Assembly: GCA_964019335.1 (NCBI GenBank)
Contig: OZ025739.1
Span: 335,133 to 399,132, forward strand
Reading direction: 5' to 3'
Length of the DNA: 64,000 nucleotides
Source: Diplonema japonicum
Taxonomy: Eukaryota; Protista; Euglenozoa: Diplonemea
Shown here piece after piece: positions 25,901 to 39,447 of this stretch (position 1 is its first letter; every line of letters begins with the position of its first letter). A program made the position numbers and the translations under genes. The notes under the pieces are model-generated. The model was not told where the DNA came from and made no database searches. It saw only the letters and a list, made by a program, of their open reading frames with translations.

Positions 25901-28212
25901 GGACAGCTGTCCCTGACCATGACCTACACACCCGATTTCACAACTGACACAGTGACTGCGGTATTGTGGTTGGAGTCCTCTTACCAGAACGACATAGAGT
26001 TCCCAGTGCAGGGTTTCGTGCCGCGTGAGCAGGTCCTCTTGCATCACGACAACATCCCTCATACGGTGAATGAGACGCTGCTACGCGCGCTGACCCTTCT
26101 GTGCTGCATTGCGGTGGGAGCGTACCTGTCATATACAACGTCTAATGAGCTGTACTTTGGCAACGAGAAAGAGGAGCGCGTGCCTCCCGTGGTGGAAGCA
26201 GCCGGGGATACGCGGGGAGTTACACCAGGGGTCACACCTAGCCCTATTACGATACCCCCAACACCTACACCTACACCGCCTGCCACAGCGACTCCAACGC
26301 CCACGTCTTCTGTTCCTACACCTCCCGCCTCTACACCTCCGCGTCCGGTACTTCCGTCTTCTTTCAACGGTATGGCAGGGATCACGATCCCCTCTGCGGA
26401 GACCGACGGCACTACCCCCACGTCCTCCGAGCAAGCCTCACCCGTCAACGACGACAGGCACGGCGGGTCCTTCAACAGCAAGGGCGACAGAAGTTCCACT
26501 ACCTCTTCCACCGTTGAGAAGCCAGAGAAAGAGAGAAAGAAGCTGCGCAAAGAACGCAACAAAGCTAGCGAGGAGGCGACGCGGAAGCGGATCCATGAGA
26601 AGCTGCGAGTCGAACAAGAGGAACGGGAACGGGAACAGGCTCAGAGACAGAAGATTAAAATGGAAGAAGAAAAGAAGAAGAAGAAAAAAGAAGACGAAGA
26701 GCGCAAGAGGCAACAAAGGGCGCTTGCCGAAAAGCAAGAAGAACTGGAAAAGGAGCGTGAGCGAGAAAAGGAGAAGGAAAAGGAGCGTGAAAAGGAAAGA
26801 GAGAGGGAAAAAGAAAAGGAGAAAGAGAAGGAGAGAGAAAAGGAGAAAGAAAGAGAACGCAAGGAAAGGGAAAAGCTCAAACAAGAAAAACTCGAACGAG
26901 AGCGAAGGGAGAAGGAGAGGTTGGAAAAGGAAAGGGAGAGAAAGCTTAAAGAGAGGCACGAAAGAGAAGAAAAGGAGAAAAAACTACGCAAAGAGTGGGA
27001 AGCGAGGGAGAGGGAGAAGGAAAAGGGAAAAGAACGAGAGAGGAGGAAGCAACAAGAACTTGAGAAGGAAAGGGAGCTCGAGTGCCTGGAAAGGGAAAGG
27101 AGGGAACGTGAGTGGGAAAGGGAAAGGGAGAGGATGGAGTGGAAGAACCAGCACAAGCCGATGCATCACCAAGGCTACCACCAGGGCAAGGGCATGCACC
27201 ATTCGCACGGACACCACGGGCAGAGGGGCGCACCGCCTCCGCCCCCACTCACTGCGGCTCCTCCTCAGGAACAGGCACCCACGTACAAGTACCAGCAGCC
27301 CCCGACAACCACAGGGAGGCAGTTCCACCACACGCAGAACAATCATGTGAACCACAATCAGATGCATCACCAGCAGCAACACCACCAGCATCAGCATCAG
27401 CAAAATCAGCACCAGCACCACTCCCACCACTCGAATCACCCCAACCACATCCAGCAGCAGCAGCAACAGCAACAGCACCACCATCATCACCAACAGCAGC
27501 AGCACCATCAACACCAGAACCCTGCAAACCACGGGCACAGCACAGGGCACGCTCAGTGGGGCCAGCCGTCCTTCTGGGAAGACAGCCATGCACACGTTCA
27601 GAACAACGGGCAGCGTGAGTACATGCAGAACCACTCGCAGCAGACAGGAGCGCAACAACAGCAACAACAGCAGCAGCAGCAGCAGCAGCAGCAACAATCT
27701 GCGCCCCCGCCGCCGCCGTTGGTAAGATGCGGCTTTTCTTTGTTCGACTCCGGGACGCCTGACTTCCTTCAGGAGTTGGTATGACTCTTTATCATATTTG
27801 CTTCCTACACTAAACACAGCGCACTGCAGCCAGTGAGAAGGACAAGCACGCGACATGGCTTCCGAGTGCTGACGAGAGGGACATGTGGCAAGGGACAAGC
27901 GACGGGTGGTCGGGGAACCAGCTGCTGGACCTGAAGAGGGGGAGTCAGACTTGCGACACTGACGACGAGGCAGGGTCGTCGCTCTTTACAGCTGCCTTCC
28001 TCACACAGACCAGGCAGTCGAAGGAGTCACATGATGAACTCACTTTCTACGAGTTATTCAAGGTGTGCCCGTGACGCTCCAAAAGCCATTCAACACTACA
28101 GGACCAAGCCAACGCAAAGACCTCGCCCCTCATGGACCTTGTTGATGACGATGATGCCGCCCTCCCCCTCAACCTGGACAAGGTGCTCAGTGACATTGCT
28201 TGTGATGACTAG
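22979..28212 (+). CDS. TMEM131-like large type I membrane protein (tandem ASH/Ig-like domains; charged and His/Gln-rich tail)
   Basis: Signal peptide; repeated ASH-like units (ISNPNPIPLTL, ITNPGTSDL, SSVLFVRNSISGVESLVLSGSGG, FEFTNHGN, YTPDFT); one TM helix. Introns 27779-27819 and 28063-28101 extend the frame to TAG 28210-28212. Confidence 0.82.
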
Positions 28213-28680
28213 GCTGGAGGACCTTTGATTGCTTTTTTTTTTTCTCCCGCTTTTTCTTTTCAGTTCTCAGTTCTTTTCTCTTTTTTTTTTTTTTTTGAGG
28301 GAAATGGAACGAAGAAAAAGAAACCAAGAACGGAAAAAAACAACAAAAAATAATACCCCATAGTACAAAAAGAGAGTGTTTTTAAACTCTTCCTTTTTTT
28401 GTCCAGCGGTAACAAAAAAAAAAAAGAAAAAAAGAAAAAGCATAAAACGAAAGAATCCCTGTCCTAGTTCTCATATCCCTTCTTTATTTTTTTGTTGCTT
28501 GTAAGGGCTGGTTCCGTTGATGTGCCAACCTCAGGTTTAATAACCTCCTGCGCCCCATATTTTTGTTTACCCCCTTTTTTCTTTTTGGTTTAACTGTTTT
28601 TAAGGGAGGAAAAAAAAAGGTGCGAGAGAAAATAATGAAGAAAAAACCCGCGTTTTTGTGTTTTGTGGTTAACTTTAATG

Positions 28681-28726
<46 letters not shown>

Positions 28727-28805
28727 GTTTCCTTACTTGTCTCCAACTTGCGGCATGCCGGAGGTTGCAGCATGAAACGAAGAAGAAATAGAATTTTTCT
28801 TTGAT

Positions 28806-28842
<37 letters not shown>

Positions 28843-28843
28843 G

Positions 28844-29422
28844 GTGCAGAAGTACCTGCTGGAGGTAGTCACGCGGAGGGATGCAGCGGTGGATGCGAAC
28901 CGCGCACTGCAGACACAAGCTTACCCGTGGCGGGCGGTCGTGACGGGGAGGGCGCACCCGACGCCGACGGTGTCTGAACTACGAAGGCTGGGAGCGTCAG
29001 GAACAGTGATGGACAAGCTGCTGAGGCCGGTGCTGAGATGGTTGGGAGGCCTGCTGTGGGATGACGCGCCTGGTCGGCACACGGCGGTGACGACGTTAGA
29101 GCTGGCCCTCGACTTCGAGAGGGAGATGGAGCTGCCGCTGGACGACGGCGGGGAAGTGGGCAAGGTGGAGGACCTGGGCGTCAAGGCAAGGAGGCTACGG
29201 TATGTGCTGAGACGAGTCCAGGACCTGTACCACGCTGATGGCAGAGGGGTAGCGTTCCCAGCGGCGCGAGTGGAGCGCGTCAACTCCCTACGCTGTATCG
29301 GAGGACCGACCACACACGGGTATGACAGGAGGCCAGTACTCCCGGAACGAACCATGAGTAGCATCGAAGGCTTGCGGGACAGGTACCTGCGCAGACACCG
29401 ACAAGGCTGCCCCGCAGTATGA
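28844..29422 (+). mobile_element. Probable 5'-truncated non-LTR retrotransposon ORF fragment (C-terminal region)
   Basis: GC-rich island between homopolymer tracts, starting abruptly after a long T run with no ATG at the start. WLGGLLW...TTLELALDFE resembles C-terminal motifs I recall from protist non-LTR polyproteins; not searched. Confidence 0.5.
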
Positions 29423-30311
29423 CCACCGCAGTAGGAACCCGCCAGAGCCCCCAGAACGGGGAGAACGGGGACTAAGCGCAGCTCGGCCGGTGAGCGCAAA
29501 AACGCATACCTTAAAAGAATAGTTTTTTTTTTTTGTTTTTTTCATGATTCCCCCCGCACCTTTTTTTTTTTTTAAAGTAAACAAATTACCCTCATTCGCG
29601 CGGCAACAAAACAAACTTTTATTATCCCCTCTCCAACCTCAATTTTTATTGATTTAACTCTCCTACGTCTCAGGTAGTTTTTTGTTCTAAAGAAAAGAGA
29701 GGGGTGGGGGGGGGGGGGGGTACGGGTGAAGTAAGCTATTCCAACAACGTAATACATTTGAATCAGAAAAGACCCGGTTTTTCTTTTGCACAGGTTTCAC
29801 CTCAAAACACCTCTGAAAAACACCTCTGAAGACTCATCAATAATTGGTGCTTTTTGAGCTTAAGTTTGTCTCAGATTAACCCGCAGGAAGATTATTAAGC
29901 ACAGAAAAAAAAGAGAAAAAAAGAGGGGGAAACAAAAAAGCGATCATTCAAAAAAAAGGGGGGGGGGGGGGGGGGGGGCAAACCTTGAACTTTTTCTCTC
30001 CTTCTTTTTTTTTTCCCCCTTTTTTTTCTTTTGGATTTTCCCCGTCTTCACCCCACCCCTCCCTCTTTTTTTTATTACTTTATTCTGTTGTTGTGTTTTA
30101 TAAAAAAAGGGGGGGGGGGGAGGAGGGGCGAAAAAAAGTAACATTGGTGTTTTTTTTTTGATCTTATTTCTTTTTTTTTCTTCTTTTTCTGTCAAAGTCT
30201 ATTTTTTTTGTTTTTTTTTCCCGTTTTCGCGCGTTCTTCCCCCCCCAAAAAAAATCTTAAAAGAAAACTACCGGGGGAAAAATAAAAAAAAAATAACAAA
30301 AAAAAAAAGAA

Positions 30312-33146
30312 ATGTTGGAGACCGCACAGCCGATGTCTCCGACGCAGACGCTGGCAGGAGAGTACAATCCAGCATTAGAGGAGGTGATGAAGAAAGTACG
30401 GTTGTACTGTTTGCAACAAAGAGTACGAATTGACCTGTATCTACACGATTTCGACAAAACAAGGAGCGGTGTGGTGACAAGGGCGCAGTTCCAGCGGGCC
30501 CTGCACATGTCAGGACTGACGAATGTAATCTCCGAGAGGGAGTATGACGTGCTGTTCTCAAACTTCCTCAGCAACAGAGACGTGACTTGCGTTAACTACG
30601 CAGCTTTTGTCGAGGCAGTCGATGAGGTCTTCACCAAGAAGAGGCTTGAGAAGCAACCAGGTGCTGTTGCAACTGCACACATAGCGTCTCACGTCCTGCA
30701 TCAGCCCACCACCCTCCTCTCCCCTGAAGAAGAGAACGTCCTTGGAAGGCTTCAGACACGATTTGTCGCGGAAACGCGTGCTCTTGGTATAGTCCTGAAG
30801 ACATGTTTCGTCGATTTCGACAAGCACCGAAGTGGGAAGATCCCACCTACTCAGTTCGAGCGTGCCATGCCCTTCAAGATGGACCCCTCGGAGCTTCGCC
30901 TCATCATCAGGAAGTACACAGCACCCAACAAGCACGTCGATTACCAGAAATGGATCAACGACATCAACATGGCGTCCGAGGGGCCGGCACCTGTTGCTGG
31001 TCCTATCGCCGTCCCCGAGCCACCCCGACAGGCTCAGTTCACCGCCGACTCGCTTATCGCTGAAATCCGTAAGCAGATCAAACAATCGCGGATCCGCATC
31101 AGCGAGTCCATGACAGACTATGACAAGCTCCGCTCCGGCATGATCACCCCACACCAGTTCAAAGCGTCGCTCGGTCGGTTCAAACTGCAGAGGCTTCCCT
31201 TGACAGATGCCGCGCTGGACCTGTTGTGCGAGAAGTACATGGTGACAGACCACCAGGGGTACCCCAAGATATGCTACCAGCAGTTTGTCAACGAGATGGA
31301 CGAGGTCTTCTCCACCAAGGGGATGGAGAAGGACCCCTCGAAGACCCTCACTTACAAGGCCAGCGATTTCAAGAACAACCCTCGCACCAAAGACCTGTCT
31401 TCTGAACAAGAAGAGCGTGTCCAGAACATTATGAACCGCATCAAGAACATCGTGCGCAGCAGACGTATGCTGTTGAAGCCTGCCTTCCAAGACTTCGACA
31501 GAGCGACGAAAGGCCTGTACCAGACAAGGAGCACCAGCAAGAGGCGCTTCGAACGGGTACTGGCGTTGAACAACATCAATTTGACAGAGGAGGAGTATGC
31601 GTTGCTGGAGGAGAAGTACGAAGTACCCGGCGACAGTGACAACGTGAACTACGTGCTGTTCTGCCAGCACCTCGAGGAGGAGGACAGCCAGGAAGGGCCC
31701 GCCAACTTCACGGCAATAGCACTGCCGCAGAAGAAGTACTTGCGCACAGGGAAAACAGGGGTGGAGTCGTTGGAAGAGGTGATGAGCGATATTCGGGCAC
31801 AGGTGCTGACGCAGAGGATTCGCATCAAGGAGTTTCTCAGGGACTACGACAAGTTGAAGTCGGGGCTTATTCTAAAAGAACAGTTTGCAGCGGGTCTGAA
31901 CATGGCGAAGATCGAGCTCGATGAGAAAGAGCTGCAGTGCCTTGTCGGGGCGTACGGGTCGGAAAAGAGGAAGGGCGCCGTGAGGTGGACTGCATTCTGT
32001 GACGACGTTGACGAAGTGCACACCACGAAGAACTTAGAGTGCTCTCCCTCAAAAGTGAACCACACACAGCACCTTGTGACAAGCAAGATGTTTGGTGAAC
32101 GCGCCCCTCGTGTTGATGGGCCTGTGATGAAGATATTAGAAAAGCTGCGGGAAGCGGTGCGCACAAGAGGCATCCTGCTGCCGCCCTTCTTCAAAGATTT
32201 CGATGTTCGAAACACAGGACAGATCACAGCAAACAGATTGGGCCAGGCGCTGACCCGGCATGGGTTTGGCCTGTCGCCGCAAGAAGTAGAGACCATAGTG
32301 CAAGCATACGCAGACCCTAGGACTCGTGACGTTTGCTACAGGAAACTGGTATGTACACCGCACACCACGTATTCTCACAGATTAACGACATCGATGAGAC
32401 GGAAAAAATGCCCGTGCTGGCATCCACTATGAGCGACGCGCCTACACAAGGGCTGCCCATAGGATATGGGTTCACACACCCACAGCCTTTGTGCGATATC
32501 GAAGAGCTGCTGGAGGAGATCAGGTCCAAGGTGGCGAAGGGCAGCATCAGGATAAAGGATTTCTTCGTCGATGCAGATAAACTAAGAAAGGGTTCTGTCC
32601 CGAAGAGCAAGTTCCGCACTGGGCTAGACGTCGGGGGCATCAGGCTTGATGAGAGGAAGCTGTGCATGTTGGAAGAGAGGTTTGTGAGCGCGTCGGGTGA
32701 GGGCGTGGACTACGTGGCATTCTCTGCAGAGGTGTCGCCTGACACGCAAGACAGGGACCTTGAGAAAAACCCTAACAAGAGCAGGACCATGTATAAACCC
32801 AGCAGTTCACACCCTTTGAAGTCTATGTTGCGGAGGTCGGCCGACCCGAGCAATGAAGCACTCGTTGAGGCCATCCTGCATAAGCTCCGCACGCTGACTA
32901 CCACTCGCAGAATTCTCCTGAAGCCTGTGTTCCTTGATTTTGACAAGATAAGGAAGGGGCATGTGTCACCGTATCAATTCGCAGCCGCGTTGGACAGGCT
33001 TCAACTAAAGCTGCTACCCGAAGAGTGCCAGAAGATTATTGAAAATTATGAGGTATGCTCCCCGCAACCCCAGCCACCACAACACGTAGACCGTCAACGG
33101 TGATGTGAACTACACTGAGTTCTGCGCGGCGATCGACCCCCAGTGA
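30312..33146 (+). CDS. Multi-EF-hand calcium-binding protein (EFCAB6-like repeats, probably flagellar)
   Basis: About eight repeats of the type RI..F.D(F/Y)DK.RSG.I...QF...L...VNY..F. Exons 30312-32348, 32381-33052, 33090-33146. Confidence 0.87.
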
Positions 33147-33291
33147 TGCAGAAGTCCGAATTATTTTCCCCCTTTTGTGAATATACCGTGCCGTTGGTTT
33201 GCCATCTGGCCACCATGCTGATTTCTTATTATTTTTATGAATAGCCAATGCAAAGCCTACAGCGACACGTTCACGAACGTGTCACGGGTAG

Positions 33292-34206
33292 ATGGATAAA
33301 TATGAGCGAGTAGCGAAGCTTGGTGAAGGAGGGCAGGGTAAGGTATACAAGGTGAGGAGCAAGACCAGTGGGAGAGAGTTGGTATGCAAGATGATTTTGT
33401 GCGTTGATCAGGAGACGGTGGAGCTTGCCACAAAGGAGGCAGAGGTGATGGGATGGCTGAAGCACCAGAACATCATACAGTACGAGGGTACCTTTTTGCA
33501 TCAGGGAAAAGCAGGACTGTACTTGTGCCTCATTATGGAGTACTGTTCAAGGGGAGATCTGCACACCAAGATGCGGGAGTACAAGCACAACAAAGAGGTC
33601 TTCAAAGAGAAACAGGCCATCCGTTACCTCCGTCAGATTCTCACAGCATTAGAATTCATGCACAAGAGCGGATTCTGTCACAGAGACATCAAAGCTGCCA
33701 ATATCTTGTTTGACAGCAACGGGTCCCTTAAAGTGGGTGACTTCGGTCTCTCCACGTTAATGAGCCCCATGGGTCAGCAGACAGTCGTGGGCACACCTTT
33801 CTACTTTGCTCCCGAGATCATGCTCCAGAGGAAGTACACAACGAAGGTAGACATGTGGAACTTGGGTGTTGTCTTCTTGGAGCTGTGCACCCTTAGGCAG
33901 CGCCCAGCCAACGTCGAAGTGCTTCACAACGAATCCTCTGTCTTGGAGGACATCCACAAAGAGGTTGTGAGGCACGGTTACAGCAGGTCTCTCGCCACCA
34001 TCATTACACAGTTGCTAAGGAGGAGGCCGCAGGATCGACCGTCTTCTAGTGACGTGTTAAAGCAGGTGAACCAGATATGGGGCGACGGTGGCGAGCCAGT
34101 AAAGGCACAGCAAAGGCACCCAACGCCAACTAGACAGCAGCAACTGAGGCACCAGCAGCAACAACAACAACAGCAGCAACAACAGCAGCAACAACAGCAA
34201 CAACAG

Positions 34207-34263
<57 letters not shown>

Positions 34264-35153
34264 TTGCAATATCAGCAGCAAGCGGCACAGGGAAGACAGC
34301 AAGTGCGCAATCCTACCCCGCCAAGAAGAGCGGCAACACCCCCCAGGAAGCCCCATGCACAGACCCACGCACAGAGCTCCGTTCCTGCACATGTTCAAAC
34401 GCACCAGCACAATGAACCCCAGAGAGTCTTCAGGCAAGCTGTCGCTCCTGCTGCCGCGCAGTCGCCACAGCAGCCGCAGACGCCTACGACTGTGACGCAC
34501 AGCTGGACGCCTCCCACCAGTCAGGGCAGCACCAACCCTGGAAGCAGGGGTGCACCAGGGTCCAACTACACAAGTTCGAACGGACTAACATCCAGTGTGA
34601 CAAGCCAAACGCCGAATTACGCTCAAGCAGCCGCGCCACCGGCTGTGTTGGCCTCACCAAGAGGCCCGACAGGGAGGCCGCCTGTGCCTACACAGACACC
34701 CACGCCCGTATTGCAGCCTCTGCATGCTTGCAGGTCACCGTCGCCAGCTAGGTTGAACGCTGAGGGTGCACTGACGCCAAGAGGAGCGCCGGGCACGCCA
34801 AGGGGGCAGGCCCCTGGGACACCAAGGGGGCAAGCGCCAGGAACGCCCAGGGGGCAGACACCCGGGACTCCAAGGGGACAGGCACCAGGCACACCGCGTT
34901 CGCAGTCGCACGCGTCATCCGACGAGGCACACCAGGGTGTCGTGCAGAAGCTGCTGTCACTGGTGTTTACCGATGTGCGCACAAAAGCTAGGCTGTTGGC
35001 ATGCCACAGTAGACCGGAAGTGGTGACGCTGTGCTCCTCCGTCTCTGACGATACGTTGCTGGCTCAGGCCTTGGAGCAGTGGTTGTCCCTCAAGGTATGA
35101 CACATCACACCACCACCACCACACTGTTGCAGGTCATCGACACCTCTTGCTGA
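33292..35153 (+). CDS. NEK (NIMA-related) family Ser/Thr kinase with polyQ and Pro-rich tail
   Basis: MDKYERVAKLGEGGQG, LCLIMEYCSRGDL, HRDIKAANIL, DFG, TVVGTPFYFAPE. Intron 35095-35132 adds VIDTSC*. Confidence 0.87.
34153..34263 (+). repeat. CAG/CAA trinucleotide repeat encoding polyglutamine (about 37 Q)
   Basis: Seen directly, in frame inside the NEK kinase. Confidence 0.95.
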
Positions 35154-36220
35154 GGCACGATGGGTACGTTAGTATATGTTATAATTGTTGTATTTTTACC
35201 TCTCTTTTTTTTCTTTTTTTCTAGATTTCTTCCTCCTCCCCTTGTGTCAATCTATTTTCTTACTCCATAACCCTCTCCCTACTGCAGCATTGTCAAAAGA
35301 AAACAACATACGGCCGTGCTAAGCGTGTATAGGGCAAGAGGGCAGCGAACCTGTGTGTTCCCTCTGCCCATTCCTTGTCCATTTGTACCCTTTCATTCTT
35401 TCCCCTTTTTTCTATAAAGGGTTTTTATATTTCTTGCCTCTTTTTCCGTAGTACCGAGAAAGCACAACGACGAAGGGAAAGGAAGAGAAAAAAAAGTCAC
35501 AAACACCCTGACTGGCCACCCTCTTTCCTTCTTTCTTTTTTTTTCTTCTTTCCGTTGCCCAATGTCAGAAAAGAAAAAAAAAAGAAAGAGGGGAAGAAAA
35601 GTTACCCAAGGGGGAGGATATGAGGAGAGATGATGAAAAGTAAGAGTTGTGCACTTTCTGTAATTTAGATTTTCACCCCCTCCTTTTTCGCCCCCTCCCT
35701 CTTTTTTTTAGTTCACATTTTAACTTTCTTGTTTTCACATGTTGTATGAAGAACAAGGAAAGGGAAAAAAAGAAAAGAAAGGGAGTGAGCCCCACGTAGG
35801 TGCACATCGCATTTTCATTGTAATTTCCTCATTCCACCGCCCCTCATTCCACACTCCCCTCTTCTCTCTTCCCCTTAAACAGTTGTATTCGATATATATT
35901 CCCCCTCCCCCCTTCTCTCCCCTTTTGCATAGTAAGTTACAATTTTCTTTTTGGATAGCTATATACTCGCATTCGACCACCACACAGGGAACAGAATAAG
36001 AAAAGAAATACACATAAATAAAACGAGCAGGCGAAGAAGAAAAAGAAGGGAATAAAAAGAAGAAAACGATACAAAAAGAAATGTTCTGAGTGCATTACTA
36101 ACAAAATACAAATAAATAAATTAAAAAAGAAAAAGACATCATAAAACCATAACTTGCGCTTTCTCCCGCTCCCCCCTCCCTCGTTGTGTGATTTTGGAGA
36201 AGAAGAGGTTTTTAAAAAAT

Positions 36221-38117
36221 ATGGGTGACACAGAAAAAGTGTCTCGGGCAGAGTCCCCGCCTCCTGGCATGGACAGCCTGACTAGGTTGTTTCAGAGCGA
36301 GCATTTCAACGTGAGGATGTGTGTGACGTACCTCTTCACCCACCGGAAGGAACAAGGGGTGCTTGGGTACCTAGTGAATAAGCTGTACAGCTATCCCATT
36401 GAGGATGTGCAGATGTACACACCACAGCTTATCTGCCTCCTGTGCCTCCCTAGTTCCTTTCCCACTGTCTTGGAGCAGTACGTTCTCGCTGCATGCGCAA
36501 AGAGCATGCACTTTGCCCTCCATGCTATCTGGTACCTCGAGAGCGACACATCAGACAAGACCGACAGGTCTGTCCGTATCGCACTGCGGGAAAAGGTATG
36601 ATACACAAAGAAGAAACAATACACAAAACAGATGGAGATCGCAGCCATCAACAGATCCTTCCGCAACAAGCGGAAGGACAGCACCCCCACATCTGTCGAA
36701 CAGGAGGTCATGGCCAAGGACCGTCTGTGCGAGTACTACAACAAGGAGATTGTGTTTGTAGCAAAAATAACCGACATGTCCCTTATGCTCCGCAAGCTGC
36801 CCCGCCCGGAACGAGAGGACCGCCTAAAGCGGGAGCTCGAAACGCTGAGCATGTCGTTGGCAAGGATGTCGATCAACATACCAATCGACAAGCCTGGCAC
36901 ACCGTTCAGACGCCTTATTAGGGTGCCGACCATCTCTTCCTACTGCAAGGTGCTTAACTCACGGGAGCGGGCGCCGTACCTTGTCATGTTTGAATTTATC
37001 GAAGGTGGCGAGTGCCACGACCCGTTGGAGCTGCAGCTCACACCGCAGTGCGACATCATTGACACGTCGCCCAGCAAAGCAGACTACGAGGGACGGGAAA
37101 CCCTGCAAAACACCATTGTGCATGAAGGGTATTTTGACAGCGAGAGCCCGAAGGGTAGGATGGGGTCGCCGACACCGCCCGACGTGGAGGCGATGGCAGC
37201 CAAGTTGGACAGCGTCTTCGGGAGATCGTGGTACCGCACTGTGGAGGCTGCGAGGAATGAATCACCATACAGCAAACTGCCCGGGTGGGGCGTGATGCCA
37301 GTGATCGTGAAGGGTGGTGATGACATGCGGCAGGAAGTGCTTGCCATGCAGCTCATCAACGCGTTCGACAGGATATGGCGGGATGCAGATCTCCCTGTGA
37401 AGCTGCACCCCTACGGCGTGATAGTGACGTCTGGTGACTCGGGTGTCATCGAGCTCGTCACAGACGCCGTCTCCATAGACGCTGTGAAGAAGGCAATGCC
37501 GTATGACGATCAGAGGTCCCTTGCCGACTACTGGACCTACGTGTACGGGGACCCTTCGTCGGTGCAGTACAAGACGGCGCAGAGGAACTTCATCGAGTCC
37601 ATGGCTGCCTACAGTGTCCTGTCGTACATCTTGCAGTTGAAAGACAGACACAACGCCAACATCCTCCTCAGGCGGGACGGGTGCATCGTGCATATTGACT
37701 TCGGGTTTATGTTGTCCAATAGCCCTGGGGGTGTGAATTTCGAGTCCATGCCCTTCAAGCTGAGCCAGGAGTACGTGGACGTGATGGGTGGTATCAACAG
37801 TGATATGTTCAACTACTACCGGGTGCTGGTGTATTCGGCATTCAAGGAAGCTACGAAGCATGCGGACCAGGTCATATCGCTTGTGGATATGATGCTGCTT
37901 GGGCCTTCATTGCCCTGCTTTGGTGCAGACTCCAAGGCGTGTTTGGAAGCGCTGAAGAGCCGGTTCCAGCCTGACGGAGACCTGACGGTGTGGGTGAGGG
38001 ATGCGATCGATCAGTCTGTGGATAACTGGTATGCTGACTCTGCTTCTCCACACACATTATTACAGGCGGGCAAGAGGGTACGACAAGTTCCAAAAGTGGT
38101 CCAACGGTATCTTGTAG
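36221..38117 (+). CDS. PI4KB: Phosphatidylinositol 4-kinase type III beta (Pik1-like)
   Basis: LTRLFQSEHF helical domain, VLNSRERAPY, IVKGGDDMRQE, LQLKDRHNANIL, HIDFGF. Introns 36596-36631 and 38029-38065; the spliced end DNWRARGYDKFQKWSNGIL* is canonical. Confidence 0.93.
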
Positions 38118-38641
38118 CAGCTGTGCCCTTTTGCGTTTAAATTCTATAAGGTTTTCTGTCCGTTGCCCTAACCCCCCCTGTCCACCCTATTCCCCCCTTT
38201 TTTTCATTCCGCGATCCTAACCCCCCCCCCCCCCCCCCCCCCTCTTCTTTCCGTTATTATTTGTATTTTCTTTCCCTTCGTTGTGCTTCTCTCATTCCTT
38301 TGTGCCCAGTCACCCCCCCTCGGTGTCTGCGGGAGGTGAGTGACAGGGGCATCTACGTAGCTTGCGAAAAAAAGGGCTTCATCTTTGACAAGCAAGGATC
38401 ATGTTGGGTAGCTTTAAAAAAGATTTTAAAAAAACTCATTTTCTTCTAAGAAGAACGAGAGGGCAAGGGGGGGGGGGGGGGGGGGTGGAGTGTCCCGAAT
38501 GCAATCTTATACCCCATATGGGGGCTCAACAAATATTTTACCTTCACCTTTTCTTCTGTTTCTTTTTTTCCCTTCCTCTTTGTGTCCTGTTCCTTACTTT
38601 GTTTGCGTGCATCCCTCCACCACTCATACTAGGTTCCCAGA

Positions 38642-39343
38642 ATGTTGAAATCGTTGCGAACGTGTGCTCTGCGTGAGCCCCGGAGGTACGCATCTGTGCA
38701 CAAGCTGCTGTCCGCCGCAAACAAGTATCACACGGAGCTGCAACAGGGAAAGCAAGTGTTGGAAGAGATCGCACAGGAAGCGATGACAATATTAAAATTT
38801 GAAACACCGATGGAACTCCACCAAGCCTATCCTAACCGCAACCTCGACAGGGTCGTGAACCAAAATGACTTTATGCACTACGTAGGGCTGAGGATGCACG
38901 CGCTGTCCAAGAAAGTTAAAGTAAAAAGCAATCAAATCAGTAAGATTCGGGAAAACCTAGAAAAGGTTGAGCTGCAGCTGCAAGACATATCTGTTGAGGC
39001 GAAAATAAAGGGGCAGAAAAAGCCATGCTCACATATATTCCTCGTGTACCTTGACACGATGCAAATAAACTGGAAAGATGACGTCAGCTCAGTGGGGTAC
39101 CACTTCAAGGTTTGCAAACCACAAAAAAAAAAGCACCACCTCACGCAGAACAAAATAAAAGTGAATCGATACCGCCAGGCGCTTAAGCGAAAACAACACG
39201 ACGCACAAGCGATGCGTTCATACCACCTTAGAAACATGGGCAACACGGATGATAAGAAAAGGATATTGCGTTTTATAGTAAACGCGACTGACGCGCATAT
39301 TGCGGACCGAGTGCAGCAGCGTATAGGTCTTGTGGAGGAGTAG
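38642..39343 (+). CDS. Hypothetical protein, possible mitochondrial presequence
   Basis: Arg/Leu/Ser-rich N-terminus MLKSLRTCALREPRRYAS; probable in-frame 39-nt intron 39110-39148. Confidence 0.6.
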   Translation: MLKSLRTCALREPRRYASVHKLLSAANKYHTELQQGKQVLEEIAQEAMTILKFETPMELHQAYPNRNLDRVVNQNDFMHYVGLRMHALSKKVKVKSNQISKIRENLEKVELQLQDISVEAKIKGQKKPCSHIFLVYLDTMQINWKDDVSSVGYHFKVCKPQKKKHHLTQNKIKVNRYRQALKRKQHDAQAMRSYHLRNMGNTDDKKRILRFIVNATDAHIADRVQQRIGLVEE

Positions 39344-39447
39344 CCAATCTATGCACGTGACGAGTTGGGCGAAGCCCGCGTTGCGTACGTATCCACTTCG
39401 TTTTTTTCTTTCGTTAGGCCAGCCACCGCACACAGGTTTTTTAAAAA

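Noticed and set aside
30558-31670. Long minus-strand ORFs here and elsewhere
   Set aside because: Antisense shadows of GC3-rich + strand genes, with no recognisable motifs.
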